NCBI GenBank assembly: GCA_903936565.1
Contig: CAIZVZ010000012.1
Location: 3,778-67,777, forward strand
DNA: 64,000 nucleotides
Source of the DNA: an uncultured bacterium
GTDB lineage: Bacteria; Patescibacteriota; Minisyncoccia; Phycocordibacterales; CAIZLB01
Reading direction: 5' to 3'
Shown: positions 41,225 through 51,549 of the stretch, piece by piece
Layout of the letters: each line of letters begins with the position of its first letter
Position numbering within the stretch: position 1 is the first letter of the stretch
Program-made: the position numbers and the translations under genes
Notes under the pieces: model-generated
The model's input: the letters and a program-made list of their open reading frames with translations, nothing else
What the model was told of the DNA's origin: nothing
Database searches by the model: none

Positions 41225-41261
41225 AAAGGGTGCGGTGGGTTCCAACCCTGCCGCGCCCTTT
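41225..41261 (+). terminator. GC-rich hairpin after the second HAD-like gene, with no U-run
   Basis: aaagggtgcgg...ccgcgcccttt outer stem with an inner gggtt/aaccc stem. Confidence 0.3.
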
Positions 41262-41376
41262 CAAATACCTACAAAATTTAAATAATAAAATAACAACTGT
41301 GTATAAAGTGCATAATTAAATTGCTATTAATATTTGCAGTAATATAATTAGTATGGATTAACCCCCATACATAAAT

Positions 41377-41778
41377 ATGAAATACAGACTGATAGATACA
41401 CAAAGGGTAATCGTTCGTTGCACGGCAGAAGAAGGTATTGTGGCACTCTCGTATTCCGCAAGGGATCTTGTGTCCTACAATGATGAGCGTCCTGAATGGA
41501 GGGACGTTAGCATAACTAGGGATGAATTTGTGGCAATACTTCAGAATTGTCCCTATGCACATAACATGGTCCCGTCCACAGTTTTGTGGGATTGGGTGCA
41601 GAATAAAACCGCACCTGTTTTCCTTCAAACCGGGGATTGGTTCATATCAACTCTCCTGGAGGATCCCGCCACTTCAATGTGGTGCCTTCATGGGAAATTA
41701 TACATATCCAGCGTTGGCCCACTGCCAGGTCACGTTGAAATAGGTAAGAGATTCGAGTTTGTTCTCGCCTATGCCTAA
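41377..41778 (+). CDS. hypothetical protein (moderately GC-enriched)
   Basis: 133-aa ORF at about 46% GC, followed by the GC hairpin at 41803-41832. Confidence 0.35.
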   Translation: MKYRLIDTQRVIVRCTAEEGIVALSYSARDLVSYNDERPEWRDVSITRDEFVAILQNCPYAHNMVPSTVLWDWVQNKTAPVFLQTGDWFISTLLEDPATSMWCLHGKLYISSVGPLPGHVEIGKRFEFVLAYA

Positions 41779-41802
41779 GTTCTAGGCTGATATTTTCGGA
41801 CC

Positions 41803-41832
41803 GGGCGCGGCGGGGATTCTCCCTCCGCGCCC
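41803..41832 (+). terminator. GC-rich hairpin (gggcgcgg...ccgcgccc)
   Basis: 8-bp GC stem 25 nt after the stop of the 41377-41778 ORF. Confidence 0.3.
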
Positions 41833-41894
41833 TATCGTTTATCAAAAAATTTGATACAATGACAAGACCAAAAGAAACATGAAATTTGTGAAAT

Positions 41895-43055
41895 ATGAAC
41901 CCACTAAATCTATTTAAATATTTTCTAAAAGTATCCAAAAAAACAAAAGCTGTTGTTGAACCACAGCTTGGATTTTGGAATGATTTAAATAATAAATGTA
42001 GATCAATTAAACATAATGGTGGGGAAGTCGAGGGTAGAAGAAATATTGGACGACCCATCTGTGTTCTTGCTCCAATGGCGGATGTAACGGATTGCGCATT
42101 CAGATATGCAATAAATAAATATGGCAAGCCAGATGTATTGTGGACAGAATTCGTTTCGGCTGACGGACTCGTTCGTGCAAATCCAGAAGGGATGAAAAAA
42201 CTTTTGGCTGATTTGAAATTCGAAAAAGAAGAAAAGCTAATCGTGGCACAACTGTTTGGTTCAAATCCACAATATATGGAAGAAGCCTGCAAAATTGTTG
42301 CAGATCTAGGGTACGATGGAATCGATTTGAATATGGGTTGTCCTGATAAGAGTATTGAAAGACAAAAAGCTGGGGCCTCGATGATGAAGAATCCGAAGCT
42401 TGCTAAGGAGATTATTTTTGCAGCTAAACGTGGTGCACCAAATATTCCAATAACCGTGAAGACCAGAGTTGGGTACAATAAAGATGAGCTTGACTCGTGG
42501 CTTAGAAATATTCTAGAAGCAAGTCCTGCGGTTGTTACAATTCATGCTCGCACAAGAAAGGAAATGTCGAAGGTTCCAGCTGATTGGAGTTATGTAAAAA
42601 GAGCAGTGGAGATTAGAAATGAATTTCAAAAGGACTTGATTAGTTCTGGTAAACAACACACTTTAATTTTTGGAAATGGAGATGTGACATCTGTTGCCGA
42701 CGCTTACAAAAAAGCGGAAGAATCAAATGCTGATGGTGTGATGATTGGTAGGGGAATATTTGGAAACCCATGGTTGTTCTCAACTTTGCAAAAACCTATC
42801 ACAAGGAATGCAGGCGATGATTTTAATGTTCTACAAAATGAACCTACACTTGAAGAAAAATTAAATGTAATGGTAGAACATACTCAAAGGTTTCAAGATG
42901 AGTTGGGTGGAATAAAAAACTTTGCGGTAATGAAAAAACATTTCAAAGCTTATGTGAATGGTTTTGATGGTGCAAAAGAACTGAGAGCAGAACTAATGGA
43001 GACAAATAACGCGGGGGAGGTGAGGCTGATAACTGAAGGTTTTTTGTCTAAATAA
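41895..43055 (+). CDS. dus: tRNA-dihydrouridine synthase
   Basis: LAPMADVTD, VAQLFGSNP and DGIDLNMGCP motifs of the Dus TIM barrel; ~30-aa N-terminal extension. Confidence 0.85.
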   Translation: MNPLNLFKYFLKVSKKTKAVVEPQLGFWNDLNNKCRSIKHNGGEVEGRRNIGRPICVLAPMADVTDCAFRYAINKYGKPDVLWTEFVSADGLVRANPEGMKKLLADLKFEKEEKLIVAQLFGSNPQYMEEACKIVADLGYDGIDLNMGCPDKSIERQKAGASMMKNPKLAKEIIFAAKRGAPNIPITVKTRVGYNKDELDSWLRNILEASPAVVTIHARTRKEMSKVPADWSYVKRAVEIRNEFQKDLISSGKQHTLIFGNGDVTSVADAYKKAEESNADGVMIGRGIFGNPWLFSTLQKPITRNAGDDFNVLQNEPTLEEKLNVMVEHTQRFQDELGGIKNFAVMKKHFKAYVNGFDGAKELRAELMETNNAGEVRLITEGFLSK

Positions 43056-43251
43056 AGTCCTGCCTGTGCTTCACTAGACTAAATACTATATATGTGTTAT
43101 TATTTTGAACATAAAGTTCTTTGTAATTTGGTTGTGACTTTTAGGTCCTTAAATATAAGGATTCAAAAGTTGCAACCAACAGGTTGGTTGTAGCTCGTGG
43201 TTTCGGCCGCGATTGAGATAACAAAGCTAAACTAGAAAGACAAGTCACTCG

Positions 43252-43686
43252 ATGAGGACAATGTTAAAGAAATTGATGACGGCAGGTGTTTTGCCTGGAA
43301 CAAAAAAACGCAACAAAAAAGTTAGTGGGGCAATATCGGTTTACATTCCTAATCTCTCCGCCCTTCTCGGGGACGTTGAAGATGCTGGGTACTTTGAAAG
43401 GGTAGATCTCCTTGTAGAGACTTTGAAGGAGGCGGATGCTAAAAACCAGTGGCGGGATCCAGATCCTGGGTCATTCCATTTTATATCTGCTGCCTTATCC
43501 AAGGAGGATAATCGTATCATCCTCTACTTCCGCCCGGATGACCCACTTGTGACGAGTGGTCAAACGCACGCCTACCAGAAGTATGTCGAAAGAGTCTGCT
43601 CTGTGATGGATAAGATGCTTTCAAGAAGTATCAATGGTGTTTTCAGGATGACCCTTACACCATCAGTCACTATCGGGCCTGTCTAA
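43252..43686 (+). CDS. hypothetical protein (GC-enriched cassette gene)
   Basis: 144-aa ORF with elevated GC, followed by a strong terminator. Confidence 0.35.
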   Translation: MRTMLKKLMTAGVLPGTKKRNKKVSGAISVYIPNLSALLGDVEDAGYFERVDLLVETLKEADAKNQWRDPDPGSFHFISAALSKEDNRIILYFRPDDPLVTSGQTHAYQKYVERVCSVMDKMLSRSINGVFRMTLTPSVTIGPV

Positions 43687-43719
43687 TAGGCGTAAGCACT
43701 TAGTCAACATACACAAACA

Positions 43720-43772
43720 CCGCCACCGTAACCCGACGAAACCGTCGGCCTCACGGCTGGCGGTTTCTTTTT
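43720..43772 (+). terminator. intrinsic terminator (compound GC hairpin plus T-run)
   Basis: ccgccaccg...ccgacg-aaac-cgtcgg...cggctggcgg, then tttctttttg. Confidence 0.55.
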
Positions 43773-43802
43773 GCCTTACAAAATAAATGTTATACTCTCT
43801 TT

Positions 43803-44942
43803 ATGTCTTCAAAAACCACAAACAACAGCCGTGCGGAAATAAACGGCGCTGGCGCAAGCGCGACACAGGCACCTACTGTACACTCGTCATTATACAGAAC
43901 ATATCGCCCAGCAAACTTCAGTGAAGTTATTGGACAAGAGCACGTTGTTTCGGTTCTAGAAGATTCCATTAAGTCTGGAAAAATCGCCCACGCATATCTT
44001 TTTTGTGGAGGAAGAGGAACTGGAAAGACAAGTGTTGCAAGAATTTTTGCACGCGAGCTTGGAACAACGGATAAAGATTTATATGAAATAGACGCCGCAT
44101 CAAATACAAGTGTCGATGATATTAGAAATTTAAATGAGTCAGTCCACACGATTCCTTTCGATTCAACATACAAGGTTTATATATTGGATGAGGTACACAT
44201 GCTTTCTAAATCTGCCTTCAATGCATTTTTGAAAACCTTGGAAGAGCCACCAAAACATGTCATTTTTATACTAGCAACAACAGAGATGCAAAAACTGCCA
44301 GAGACAGTTATATCAAGATGTCAGACTTTTCAATTCAAAAAACCAAATGTAGAAACTCTTAAAAAAATTGCAATTGATATTGCAAAAAAAGAAGGAATTA
44401 CAATCGATGAAGAAGTGGGTAGTTTAATCGCACTTCTCGGTGACGGATCATTTAGAGATACACTCAGTGTTTTACAAAAAGTCTTGTCGCTATCTGGTGG
44501 ATCATCAGACGCAAAAGGTGGTAGTACAAAAACAGAAATTACCCTAGCTGAGGCTGAGCAAATAACCGGTGCGCCAAAGTCGGTTGTTGTAAACAATTTT
44601 GCAAAGGGGATAATCACTGGAGACGCCATGCTTTCCTTAGCCCAACTTGATATTGTTCGTGATAACGGAGGTGACGTAAAGCTGTTCACTGAGCTTGTTT
44701 TGGAGAGTGTTAGAAAGACTTTGCTTTTGAGCATGAATAGTGGGGCGGTGCGTGCACCAGCCGAGGCTATAAATTTTGAAAAGGAAAAGGGAAGTGCGAC
44801 TGATGCAGAAAGATTAGCACTAAAGTCACCAAAAAAGATTGCTATAATCTTGGAGAGACTTTTGATTGCTCATGGAAGATTGGGGAAGAGTGCGATACCG
44901 ACTTTGCCGCTTGAGATGGTGGTAGCGGAGTGTTTGGAGTAG
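43803..44942 (+). CDS. dnaX: DNA polymerase III gamma/tau subunit (short form, 379 aa)
   Basis: YRP..F.EVIGQEHV, Walker A GGRGTGKTS, DEVHML, SRCQTF sensor motifs. Confidence 0.85.
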   Translation: MSSKTTNNSRAEINGAGASATQAPTVHSSLYRTYRPANFSEVIGQEHVVSVLEDSIKSGKIAHAYLFCGGRGTGKTSVARIFARELGTTDKDLYEIDAASNTSVDDIRNLNESVHTIPFDSTYKVYILDEVHMLSKSAFNAFLKTLEEPPKHVIFILATTEMQKLPETVISRCQTFQFKKPNVETLKKIAIDIAKKEGITIDEEVGSLIALLGDGSFRDTLSVLQKVLSLSGGSSDAKGGSTKTEITLAEAEQITGAPKSVVVNNFAKGIITGDAMLSLAQLDIVRDNGGDVKLFTELVLESVRKTLLLSMNSGAVRAPAEAINFEKEKGSATDAERLALKSPKKIAIILERLLIAHGRLGKSAIPTLPLEMVVAECLE

Positions 44943-45060
44943 GTTCTTGCGCCTCCTAATTTTATATGACACAATTCACGCAGACTAGCACAAGCGAGTC
45001 TGGCGCCTCGGCGTCCACCTGAATTTGAATTCAAACTAAACCAATAGGAAAACAGAAGTT

Positions 45061-45483
45061 GTGAAAAATATCGTTGTTAGGTGTATCCAGTTCATTGCAT
45101 TATTTGCATCGGTCTTTTCGATCGTATTGCTGATTATGGCGTCGCTGGTTGGGGTTGAGGTTGATAAGATGAATTATTGTAGCCAGATCTATTTTAAGTC
45201 GGCCTGCATAATTCCATTTGTCAGCCTTGTTGTCTTGTCAGTGATGCGTATCATGAGAGAAAGGAAGTACATGCTCGATCATGTCCGCGGTATCTACAAC
45301 ACTTTCATTCATGTACTCATGTGTATTGAGATTTCATTGACTTTGACGGCGTCCATCTTCTCCGTGGCATACCTTTCGATCACTCCAATGTACTCCTACA
45401 TTACAAGGGACATGATTTTGGGGCTGGTAGGATGGTTGCTGCTTTTGCGAGGTTTTACCTCTGTGTTTTGGCAACGGAAATAG
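45061..45483 (+). CDS. hypothetical small membrane protein
   Basis: four predicted TM helices. Confidence 0.4.
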   Translation: MKNIVVRCIQFIALFASVFSIVLLIMASLVGVEVDKMNYCSQIYFKSACIIPFVSLVVLSVMRIMRERKYMLDHVRGIYNTFIHVLMCIEISLTLTASIFSVAYLSITPMYSYITRDMILGLVGWLLLLRGFTSVFWQRK

Positions 45484-45526
45484 GGGTAGGCACTCAATTA
45501 CGGCCTTATCAAGCAAAGGCTTCGAT

Positions 45527-45552
45527 GGCGCGGGACCTTTCGGTCCCGCGCC
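45527..45552 (+). other. perfect 11-bp GC hairpin (ggcgcgggacc-tttc-ggtcccgcgcc) about 100 nt upstream of tRNA-Gln
   Basis: read directly; no U-run follows. Confidence 0.35.
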
Positions 45553-45650
45553 ATGCTCATATATGTAAAACCTCAATAAAGATGCATATTTATAAAGCTG
45601 CCATTTCAGGCCTTGATTTATAGTCAATTTCATATTAAAGTATAGAACAT

Positions 45651-45721
45651 TGGGAGATCGTCTAACGGTAGGACAGAAGCCTTTGAAGCTTTTAATCTAG
45701 GTTCGATTCCTAGTCTCCCAG
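45651..45721 (+). tRNA. tRNA-Gln (anticodon UUG)
   Basis: manual cloverleaf: 7-bp acceptor stem with the bacterial tRNA-Gln U1:A72 pair, 4-bp D stem, 5-bp anticodon stem, loop cuUUGaa, T-arm ctagg-TTCGATT-cctag, discriminator G; CCA not encoded. Confidence 0.85.
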
Positions 45722-45767
45722 CACGAGTCAGCGCAGTATCGAGGCAAGACCACAGAGCCTGGTTGAG

Positions 45768-47639
45768 TTGCGTTTCAAAATGGTTGGAGTCTTAAAAAGT
45801 GTGAGCCAATATGTTGGACAAACTATTCATAACATTATGAAAAATGAGGATAAAATATTTACAAGAGAAGATATTTATAGATTATCTTTTTGTGTTATTG
45901 TTTTGTTTTTGGTATTTATCTTACCTAAAATAGATTTATACCCAATGTTTGTAAATTTTTTGGTCCTATTGAGACCAAATATGGACCACTATCCATATGC
46001 GAACCCTCCCATATTTTTTTCGATTGGGGAAGCTTTATCATCTATTGCTATATTATTTGCTATATATCAGTTTAAGAAAGAGAAATGGAGTATTGCTTTG
46101 AGGATAAGAAGTTATATTGAACCTACAATATTTATTTGTATCATCCTCGGTATAACACTATCCTTAGTAGCATCAGTAGTTACTTTTTTTTACCCAACAA
46201 ATATTTTCCTTCTGTCAGTTTTTTGGCAAATTATATCCAGTCTTTTCATAGCCTTTTCAATTGTATTTTTATTTTTAAAAGCAACTAATATAAAGCTATT
46301 TAATAAAAATAATTCTCGTAAATTTTATGAAGTAATGGTTGGGGAATTATCTAGGCCAAGTCCTCAAAGGTTAGATGTTACGTTAGAGGCTTTATTAGAT
46401 AATTTTCAAAATATATGTACAGCTGCAAATGGAGATCGTGAATCAGAAGTTTCTAAATCATCAATAGCAATACTCGATGTGGTTTTAGGAGAGTCTTCAT
46501 TAGTTGAACTTTTGGTTACAAAAAGACTCGATGCATTACGTCATTTGATTTATATTATTGAAAAAAACAACATAAATCAGCGCCAAGCACCTGGTTTTCA
46601 AGTCATCGTAAGGAATTTATTTCTTAATGAAGAATCTTTTTTCTATAGACACCTCAATAGAGATGGTTTATCTCTTTCTTCGAATATTTATGAAAGCATA
46701 TTTGAATACCCAAAAATACTTACAAACTTCAATTTATTTGGATATCCAACTTTGGGTTATTTAAAAAGAAACGATAGTCGTGTTGGCCTAAAAGTATTTA
46801 TACAGGCATTGTCAAAAGCAATAGAAACATACTTAAAAACTGGTAACGTGCCAACAAGTTATATTAATAATGGTTTAGAGTATCTTAGTGAGGCTTTCGG
46901 AAATATTTGCACCAAGATCAGTCTTGAGGAAAGTAGAGGGGTTGATACAAAAAATGTCTTAAGTGAAGAGTGGTGGATATTATATGACATTGCAAATTTT
47001 TTAGGTCACGATTATATATTTATTGCTTACGAAGATGATCTAAACCAAGATGTTATAAGAAACGAAAGGGCTACTTCTGAAGCAAGTTTTCATTCAACTT
47101 CTACAATAAACGCAGGAATTGCAGCTGTTTTGTTTAAATCTTTTGAACAACTGTCGCATATCACTAAAACTGTGGACACTTATTATATTGTTCTAGAGTT
47201 ACTTGGTGGTGTAATGCAAGGGGAAAATTACAAAGAAGGTTACAGAGATCCTTTTGAGAAAAGAATGTGGGAGCAAATTGCAAAAAACGTTATAGGTAAA
47301 CATTACCCTAATGTTTTGAGACCTTACTTAACTTTCATTGGTTTTACATTATCTTCGGAAGATAATAATCAAAGAACAGGTTGGGTTGGTGAACAAACGG
47401 AAAGAATGAGAAGATTGCTTTACATCGATTTAAAACCTTTATTTGATAATGAAGAAAGGATGGTTAACGATAAATTAATGAAAGATATTCTCCTTCCTGA
47501 TTCAATGGATTATATAGATGGTAAATTTCTGTATGTAGATGGTTTTGGAAAAGGTGAACGGAGGATAATCAGTGAACCAGCCCCAGGGTCAAAGTCTGCT
47601 TTAGAGGGAGTTGATACTCAAACAAGATCATTGCTTTAG
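45768..47639 (+). CDS. hypothetical polytopic membrane protein (first island gene)
   Basis: several N-terminal TM helices and a large soluble C-terminal region; no motif recognised. Confidence 0.45.
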   Translation: MRFKMVGVLKSVSQYVGQTIHNIMKNEDKIFTREDIYRLSFCVIVLFLVFILPKIDLYPMFVNFLVLLRPNMDHYPYANPPIFFSIGEALSSIAILFAIYQFKKEKWSIALRIRSYIEPTIFICIILGITLSLVASVVTFFYPTNIFLLSVFWQIISSLFIAFSIVFLFLKATNIKLFNKNNSRKFYEVMVGELSRPSPQRLDVTLEALLDNFQNICTAANGDRESEVSKSSIAILDVVLGESSLVELLVTKRLDALRHLIYIIEKNNINQRQAPGFQVIVRNLFLNEESFFYRHLNRDGLSLSSNIYESIFEYPKILTNFNLFGYPTLGYLKRNDSRVGLKVFIQALSKAIETYLKTGNVPTSYINNGLEYLSEAFGNICTKISLEESRGVDTKNVLSEEWWILYDIANFLGHDYIFIAYEDDLNQDVIRNERATSEASFHSTSTINAGIAAVLFKSFEQLSHITKTVDTYYIVLELLGGVMQGENYKEGYRDPFEKRMWEQIAKNVIGKHYPNVLRPYLTFIGFTLSSEDNNQRTGWVGEQTERMRRLLYIDLKPLFDNEERMVNDKLMKDILLPDSMDYIDGKFLYVDGFGKGERRIISEPAPGSKSALEGVDTQTRSLL

Positions 47640-48964
47640 TTATTTAGATAAATTATTTTATTTTTCATTGTGATTCTAGTATCTAAATTTGCCAACATCT
47701 CTCTTTTCTCTTCAACCGTCCCTTCCGTCAAAATGTGCTCTGTATACTTCTTTGAGTCAAACTCAATTTCTAGTTTTGATTGCTTAACCCCATAAAACTG
47801 TTTTTGGAAGGTGACCATGCGTTCTCGTTCTTGTTCAAATTTTCCTTTGATAAACTTTTGATCAACCTCTATTTTATCTATCATTTCAACTAATTGCTTA
47901 ATCAATTCTTCTTCTCGTAGGTATCCACATTTGCAATCTAAGTTTTTTGACCTGTTACATCCATAGTATATGTAATGTGCTGTACCACCATTCTTGAGTT
48001 TTTTGTATTTATCTTCAGCACAAATTCCTGATCCACATAGTCCGCATGTCATTAGTCTAGAAAATGCATAGTCTTTTCTTTCGTGAGTTATTTCAGATCT
48101 CTTGAGTTGCTCACGGACTTTTTCAAAAAGTTCAATATTTATTAAAGGTTCATGTTTTCCTGTATACCAATTACCACTTTTGACAGGGTATTCAAACTTT
48201 CCATAATAAAACGGTGTTTGTAAAAGTTTATATATATTACTCAAGGTTAATGGCTTGTTGCTCGTTGAACTTCTGAAATTCATCTCAAATTTAAGCCAGT
48301 GGTATATCTTTCTACCACTCCACTTTTCATATGCTACTTTCTCAAACATTTTCTTGATAACTGGTGCTCGTTCAGTATCAATCATTACATACCCCTTTCT
48401 ATCGATTCTCTTTTCGTTCAAATATCCTGTTGGGGCAGGGGCAGGCCATAGCCCCATCTCGCACCTTGTCCTTAGTCCTCTTTTGACATTCACGCTTTTG
48501 TTGTCATTTTCAAGTTTGGCTTGCGAACATAAAATCATAAGAAGGAATTTATCACTAGGTGAGTTACTAAATACTTGCCCATAGGTTTTAATTTCAATAA
48601 GCGCCTTTTGGTCTATGAGATCCACTAAACTTCCAAGATCTCCAGCATTTCTTGATAATCTATCTGGTGCCCATGTTAATATTCCTGAATATCTTCCACT
48701 TTTGATGTACATAAGTATTTCCTTAAAAACAGGTCTTTGTCCTGAATCCTTTGCTGAATGCGATTCACGCCTAATGTCCACAATCTCTAACCCTTCTCTT
48801 TCAGCTATCTGTAGCATCTCGTGTACTTGCGATTCTATCGATAGGATCTGTCGCTCCTCAGATTCTGTTGATTTTCTTGCATAAAGGCAGTATTTTACCT
48901 TTACAGGGCTTGATAGCAGGTTCCTCGTGTCAGGGTTCACTTGTAGCGGGTTTTTTGTTTCCAT
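47636..48964 (-). CDS. large serine recombinase (resolvase/invertase-type catalytic domain, recombinase domain and zinc ribbon)
   Basis: YARKSTE...SIESQ catalytic-Ser region, ...DRLSRN..., C-terminal Cys-rich CGLCG...C region. Confidence 0.85.
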   Translation of the reverse strand: METKNPLQVNPDTRNLLSSPVKVKYCLYARKSTESEERQILSIESQVHEMLQIAEREGLEIVDIRRESHSAKDSGQRPVFKEILMYIKSGRYSGILTWAPDRLSRNAGDLGSLVDLIDQKALIEIKTYGQVFSNSPSDKFLLMILCSQAKLENDNKSVNVKRGLRTRCEMGLWPAPAPTGYLNEKRIDRKGYVMIDTERAPVIKKMFEKVAYEKWSGRKIYHWLKFEMNFRSSTSNKPLTLSNIYKLLQTPFYYGKFEYPVKSGNWYTGKHEPLINIELFEKVREQLKRSEITHERKDYAFSRLMTCGLCGSGICAEDKYKKLKNGGTAHYIYYGCNRSKNLDCKCGYLREEELIKQLVEMIDKIEVDQKFIKGKFEQERERMVTFQKQFYGVKQSKLEIEFDSKKYTEHILTEGTVEEKREMLANLDTRITMKNKIIYLNN

Positions 48965-49092
48965 GCCTACATTGATGACGTAGATTACTGAGGAAGTCTA
49001 GCTAAAATGAGTAAAATTTGGGCTTTTATAACCGATATTTATCTGCAAACTATTCTGTACTACCACGATCTTTTAGAGTAGAATGGTTTGTA

Positions 49093-51549
49093 ATGGTTAA
49101 TCCCCTGACTAATATCACGACGATCAAGAATGTTCATCTGTACAAGTTGCTGCAGGTTTTTTTAAGAGACTTTGGAACCGTCCTTGAAAGATATATTACT
49201 GACATCGTTGATACGGAAAATCCAAAATTACTTATAAGTACTAATTATGCAACTTATAAAATTAGTATTATTGATGGAGAAGAAAATAAAGTAGATAACA
49301 AAACTATAGATATAGGACGTGACGCTCTTGATAAAGACTTAAATAAAATAAAATATTTTATTCGTAGACAGTTTATTGCTGATGAAGAGTTGTCAAACCT
49401 TTACTTGAGGCGTGGTTCTGATATAAAACCACATGAAGTACAAGAGGGTGCACTCAATAGTCTTGCTGCGGCTCGAGATGATAATTTAAAAAGAGCTTTA
49501 GTTGTGTTTGCCACTGGACTTGGAAAAACTATTTTATCAGCCCTTGATGTTAAAATGTTTGACGCAAAAAAAGTTTTATTTATTGTTCATATCAATGAGA
49601 TTTTAAGACAGACTAAAGATGCTTTTGAAAAGGTTATGCCTGAAAGGAGAGATGATTTTGGTTTTTTTACAGGCAAACAAAAAGATAGACAAAAAGACAT
49701 TTTATTTACTTCTATACAGACGATTGGTAGGCAAAAACATATCGAAACATTTCCTCCAAGCTACTTCGATTATATTATAGTTGATGAGACACACCATGTA
49801 GCGGCACCTACTTATAGGAAAATATTTGAATATTTTACACCGAAGTTCTTTCTTGGTCTAACAGCAACACCAGATAGAATGGACAAGAAAGATATATTGA
49901 GTTTTTATAACGAGAATGTTGTATTTGAAATGGATCAGAAGGCTGCAATTGAACAGGGTTATTTAACCCCATTTCGATACCTAGGTTTTAAAGATAATAT
50001 AGATTATTCCGACATTTACTTTAATGGATTCAAATATGACACCAAAGATCTTAATAAACATCTTCTTATTAATGAGCGTGATGATGCCATAATAGAGAAA
50101 TTTAAATTGCACGCTTTTGATAGAAAAACAATCGGATTCTGTGCGTCTATTGAACATGCAGAAAGATGTGCAAAAAAATTCAACGAGGCTGGAATAAAAT
50201 CGATAGCAATTCATTCAAAAAGTTTAGAGCTTGATGACTATGAGGATAAAACAAAAGGATCTCTTGTGGACCATTTTAGGAATAATAGATGTCAAATTGC
50301 ATTTACTGTTGATATGTTCAATGAGGGGGTCGATATTCCAGATGTTTCTTGCTTACTTTTTTTGCGTCCGACGGAATCAAAGACAATATTTGTTCAGCAT
50401 ATGGGACGTGGCCTACGTATAGCGCCAAGCAAAGAAAATGTGATTATTCTAGATTTTATCGGTAATTATAGGACTGCAAACCTAATATTAGAGGCTCTAG
50501 ATATTGAGAATAATATTCGAGGTCTTAAAAAGACTTGTGTAGATAATAAAGATATGTTTATTTACGAAATTAATGGATGTGAGGTATGTTTTGAATCAGA
50601 GGTTGTAGATATATTTAAAAATAATGAAGTCCTTTATTCTAAAGAAATCAGAGAAGATGTTGTTGATATTAGGTGGAAGGAGTATTCAGAGTATTTAGAT
50701 AAATGGACTAAGGATAATCTGTATTGGAAATGTGGTCAGCATAATAAATATTTTGAAGTGCATTTCGAGGCACTGAAGATAATCAAGGAAAATAAGGGTA
50801 TTGGGGAGAAGGATTTTATTGAAAAGATTCAGAAAGTTGTTACTGAAAAATACGTTAATAAAAATATGACTGCTGGTTTCAGAGCTTTAATGTTGAGCAA
50901 GATATGTGGTTTTGTTTCGTCTGATTCGCCATTAATGCCGATGCAACCTTATGACGTTATTTACAAAATAACTAAGGATTTTTCAGATTTAAGAAAATAT
51001 GAGGATATATTAACTCAACAACTTGAAAAAATATTCTATTGGAACCCTATCTATGGTTCATATAATAAATATGTTGATTTGACTAAAAGGGTTTCATTTA
51101 AGGATTTTAAAATATACCCGTTTTTCTTAATATACGATGTAATGATTAGATTACTCGATGATTACGGTTCTGAACCGTGCATAAGTAAGTTTGAATTTGA
51201 TACTTTTTTGTCTATTACTAAAGAACACATAGAATCAAGAGATGTGGCGGAAAAGATATTGCGTTACCGTAATGATGACGAAAAAAAGCAGGTTGAAAAG
51301 CTTTTGAATTCAAAAAACCACATCGATTCAAGGTTTTTCGGCATTTTACATTACTGTAAATATATTAAAACTGATAAAAGAGGTGTTTCCATTAAACCTG
51401 AGTGTATTGAAGAAATACGGTTGAGAGTTGGTAAATTTAGGGGATTATATGAATCTGGAAAACTGATTATGTACAGCACAGAGTCTCCAAAAACTTATAA
51501 AGATATGCTATACTCAGAGGGTGACTTACTCAGTTTTCATGTTAACTAA
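49093..51549 (+). CDS. SF2 helicase (ResIII/DEAD-like ATPase core) with a C-terminal domain homologous to the N-terminus of the 54243-55601 product
   Basis: Walker A ATGLGKT, DEAH-like box VDETHH, motif III GLTATP; start taken at MVNPL (49093; the ORF track starts at 49018); stop codon abuts the start of the next gene. Confidence 0.75.
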   Translation: MVNPLTNITTIKNVHLYKLLQVFLRDFGTVLERYITDIVDTENPKLLISTNYATYKISIIDGEENKVDNKTIDIGRDALDKDLNKIKYFIRRQFIADEELSNLYLRRGSDIKPHEVQEGALNSLAAARDDNLKRALVVFATGLGKTILSALDVKMFDAKKVLFIVHINEILRQTKDAFEKVMPERRDDFGFFTGKQKDRQKDILFTSIQTIGRQKHIETFPPSYFDYIIVDETHHVAAPTYRKIFEYFTPKFFLGLTATPDRMDKKDILSFYNENVVFEMDQKAAIEQGYLTPFRYLGFKDNIDYSDIYFNGFKYDTKDLNKHLLINERDDAIIEKFKLHAFDRKTIGFCASIEHAERCAKKFNEAGIKSIAIHSKSLELDDYEDKTKGSLVDHFRNNRCQIAFTVDMFNEGVDIPDVSCLLFLRPTESKTIFVQHMGRGLRIAPSKENVIILDFIGNYRTANLILEALDIENNIRGLKKTCVDNKDMFIYEINGCEVCFESEVVDIFKNNEVLYSKEIREDVVDIRWKEYSEYLDKWTKDNLYWKCGQHNKYFEVHFEALKIIKENKGIGEKDFIEKIQKVVTEKYVNKNMTAGFRALMLSKICGFVSSDSPLMPMQPYDVIYKITKDFSDLRKYEDILTQQLEKIFYWNPIYGSYNKYVDLTKRVSFKDFKIYPFFLIYDVMIRLLDDYGSEPCISKFEFDTFLSITKEHIESRDVAEKILRYRNDDEKKQVEKLLNSKNHIDSRFFGILHYCKYIKTDKRGVSIKPECIEEIRLRVGKFRGLYESGKLIMYSTESPKTYKDMLYSEGDLLSFHVN

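Noticed and set aside
41642-42478. 278-aa minus-strand ORF
   Set aside because: It lies antisense to the well-supported dus gene across most of its length and has an implausible low-complexity composition. Judged a spurious ORF.
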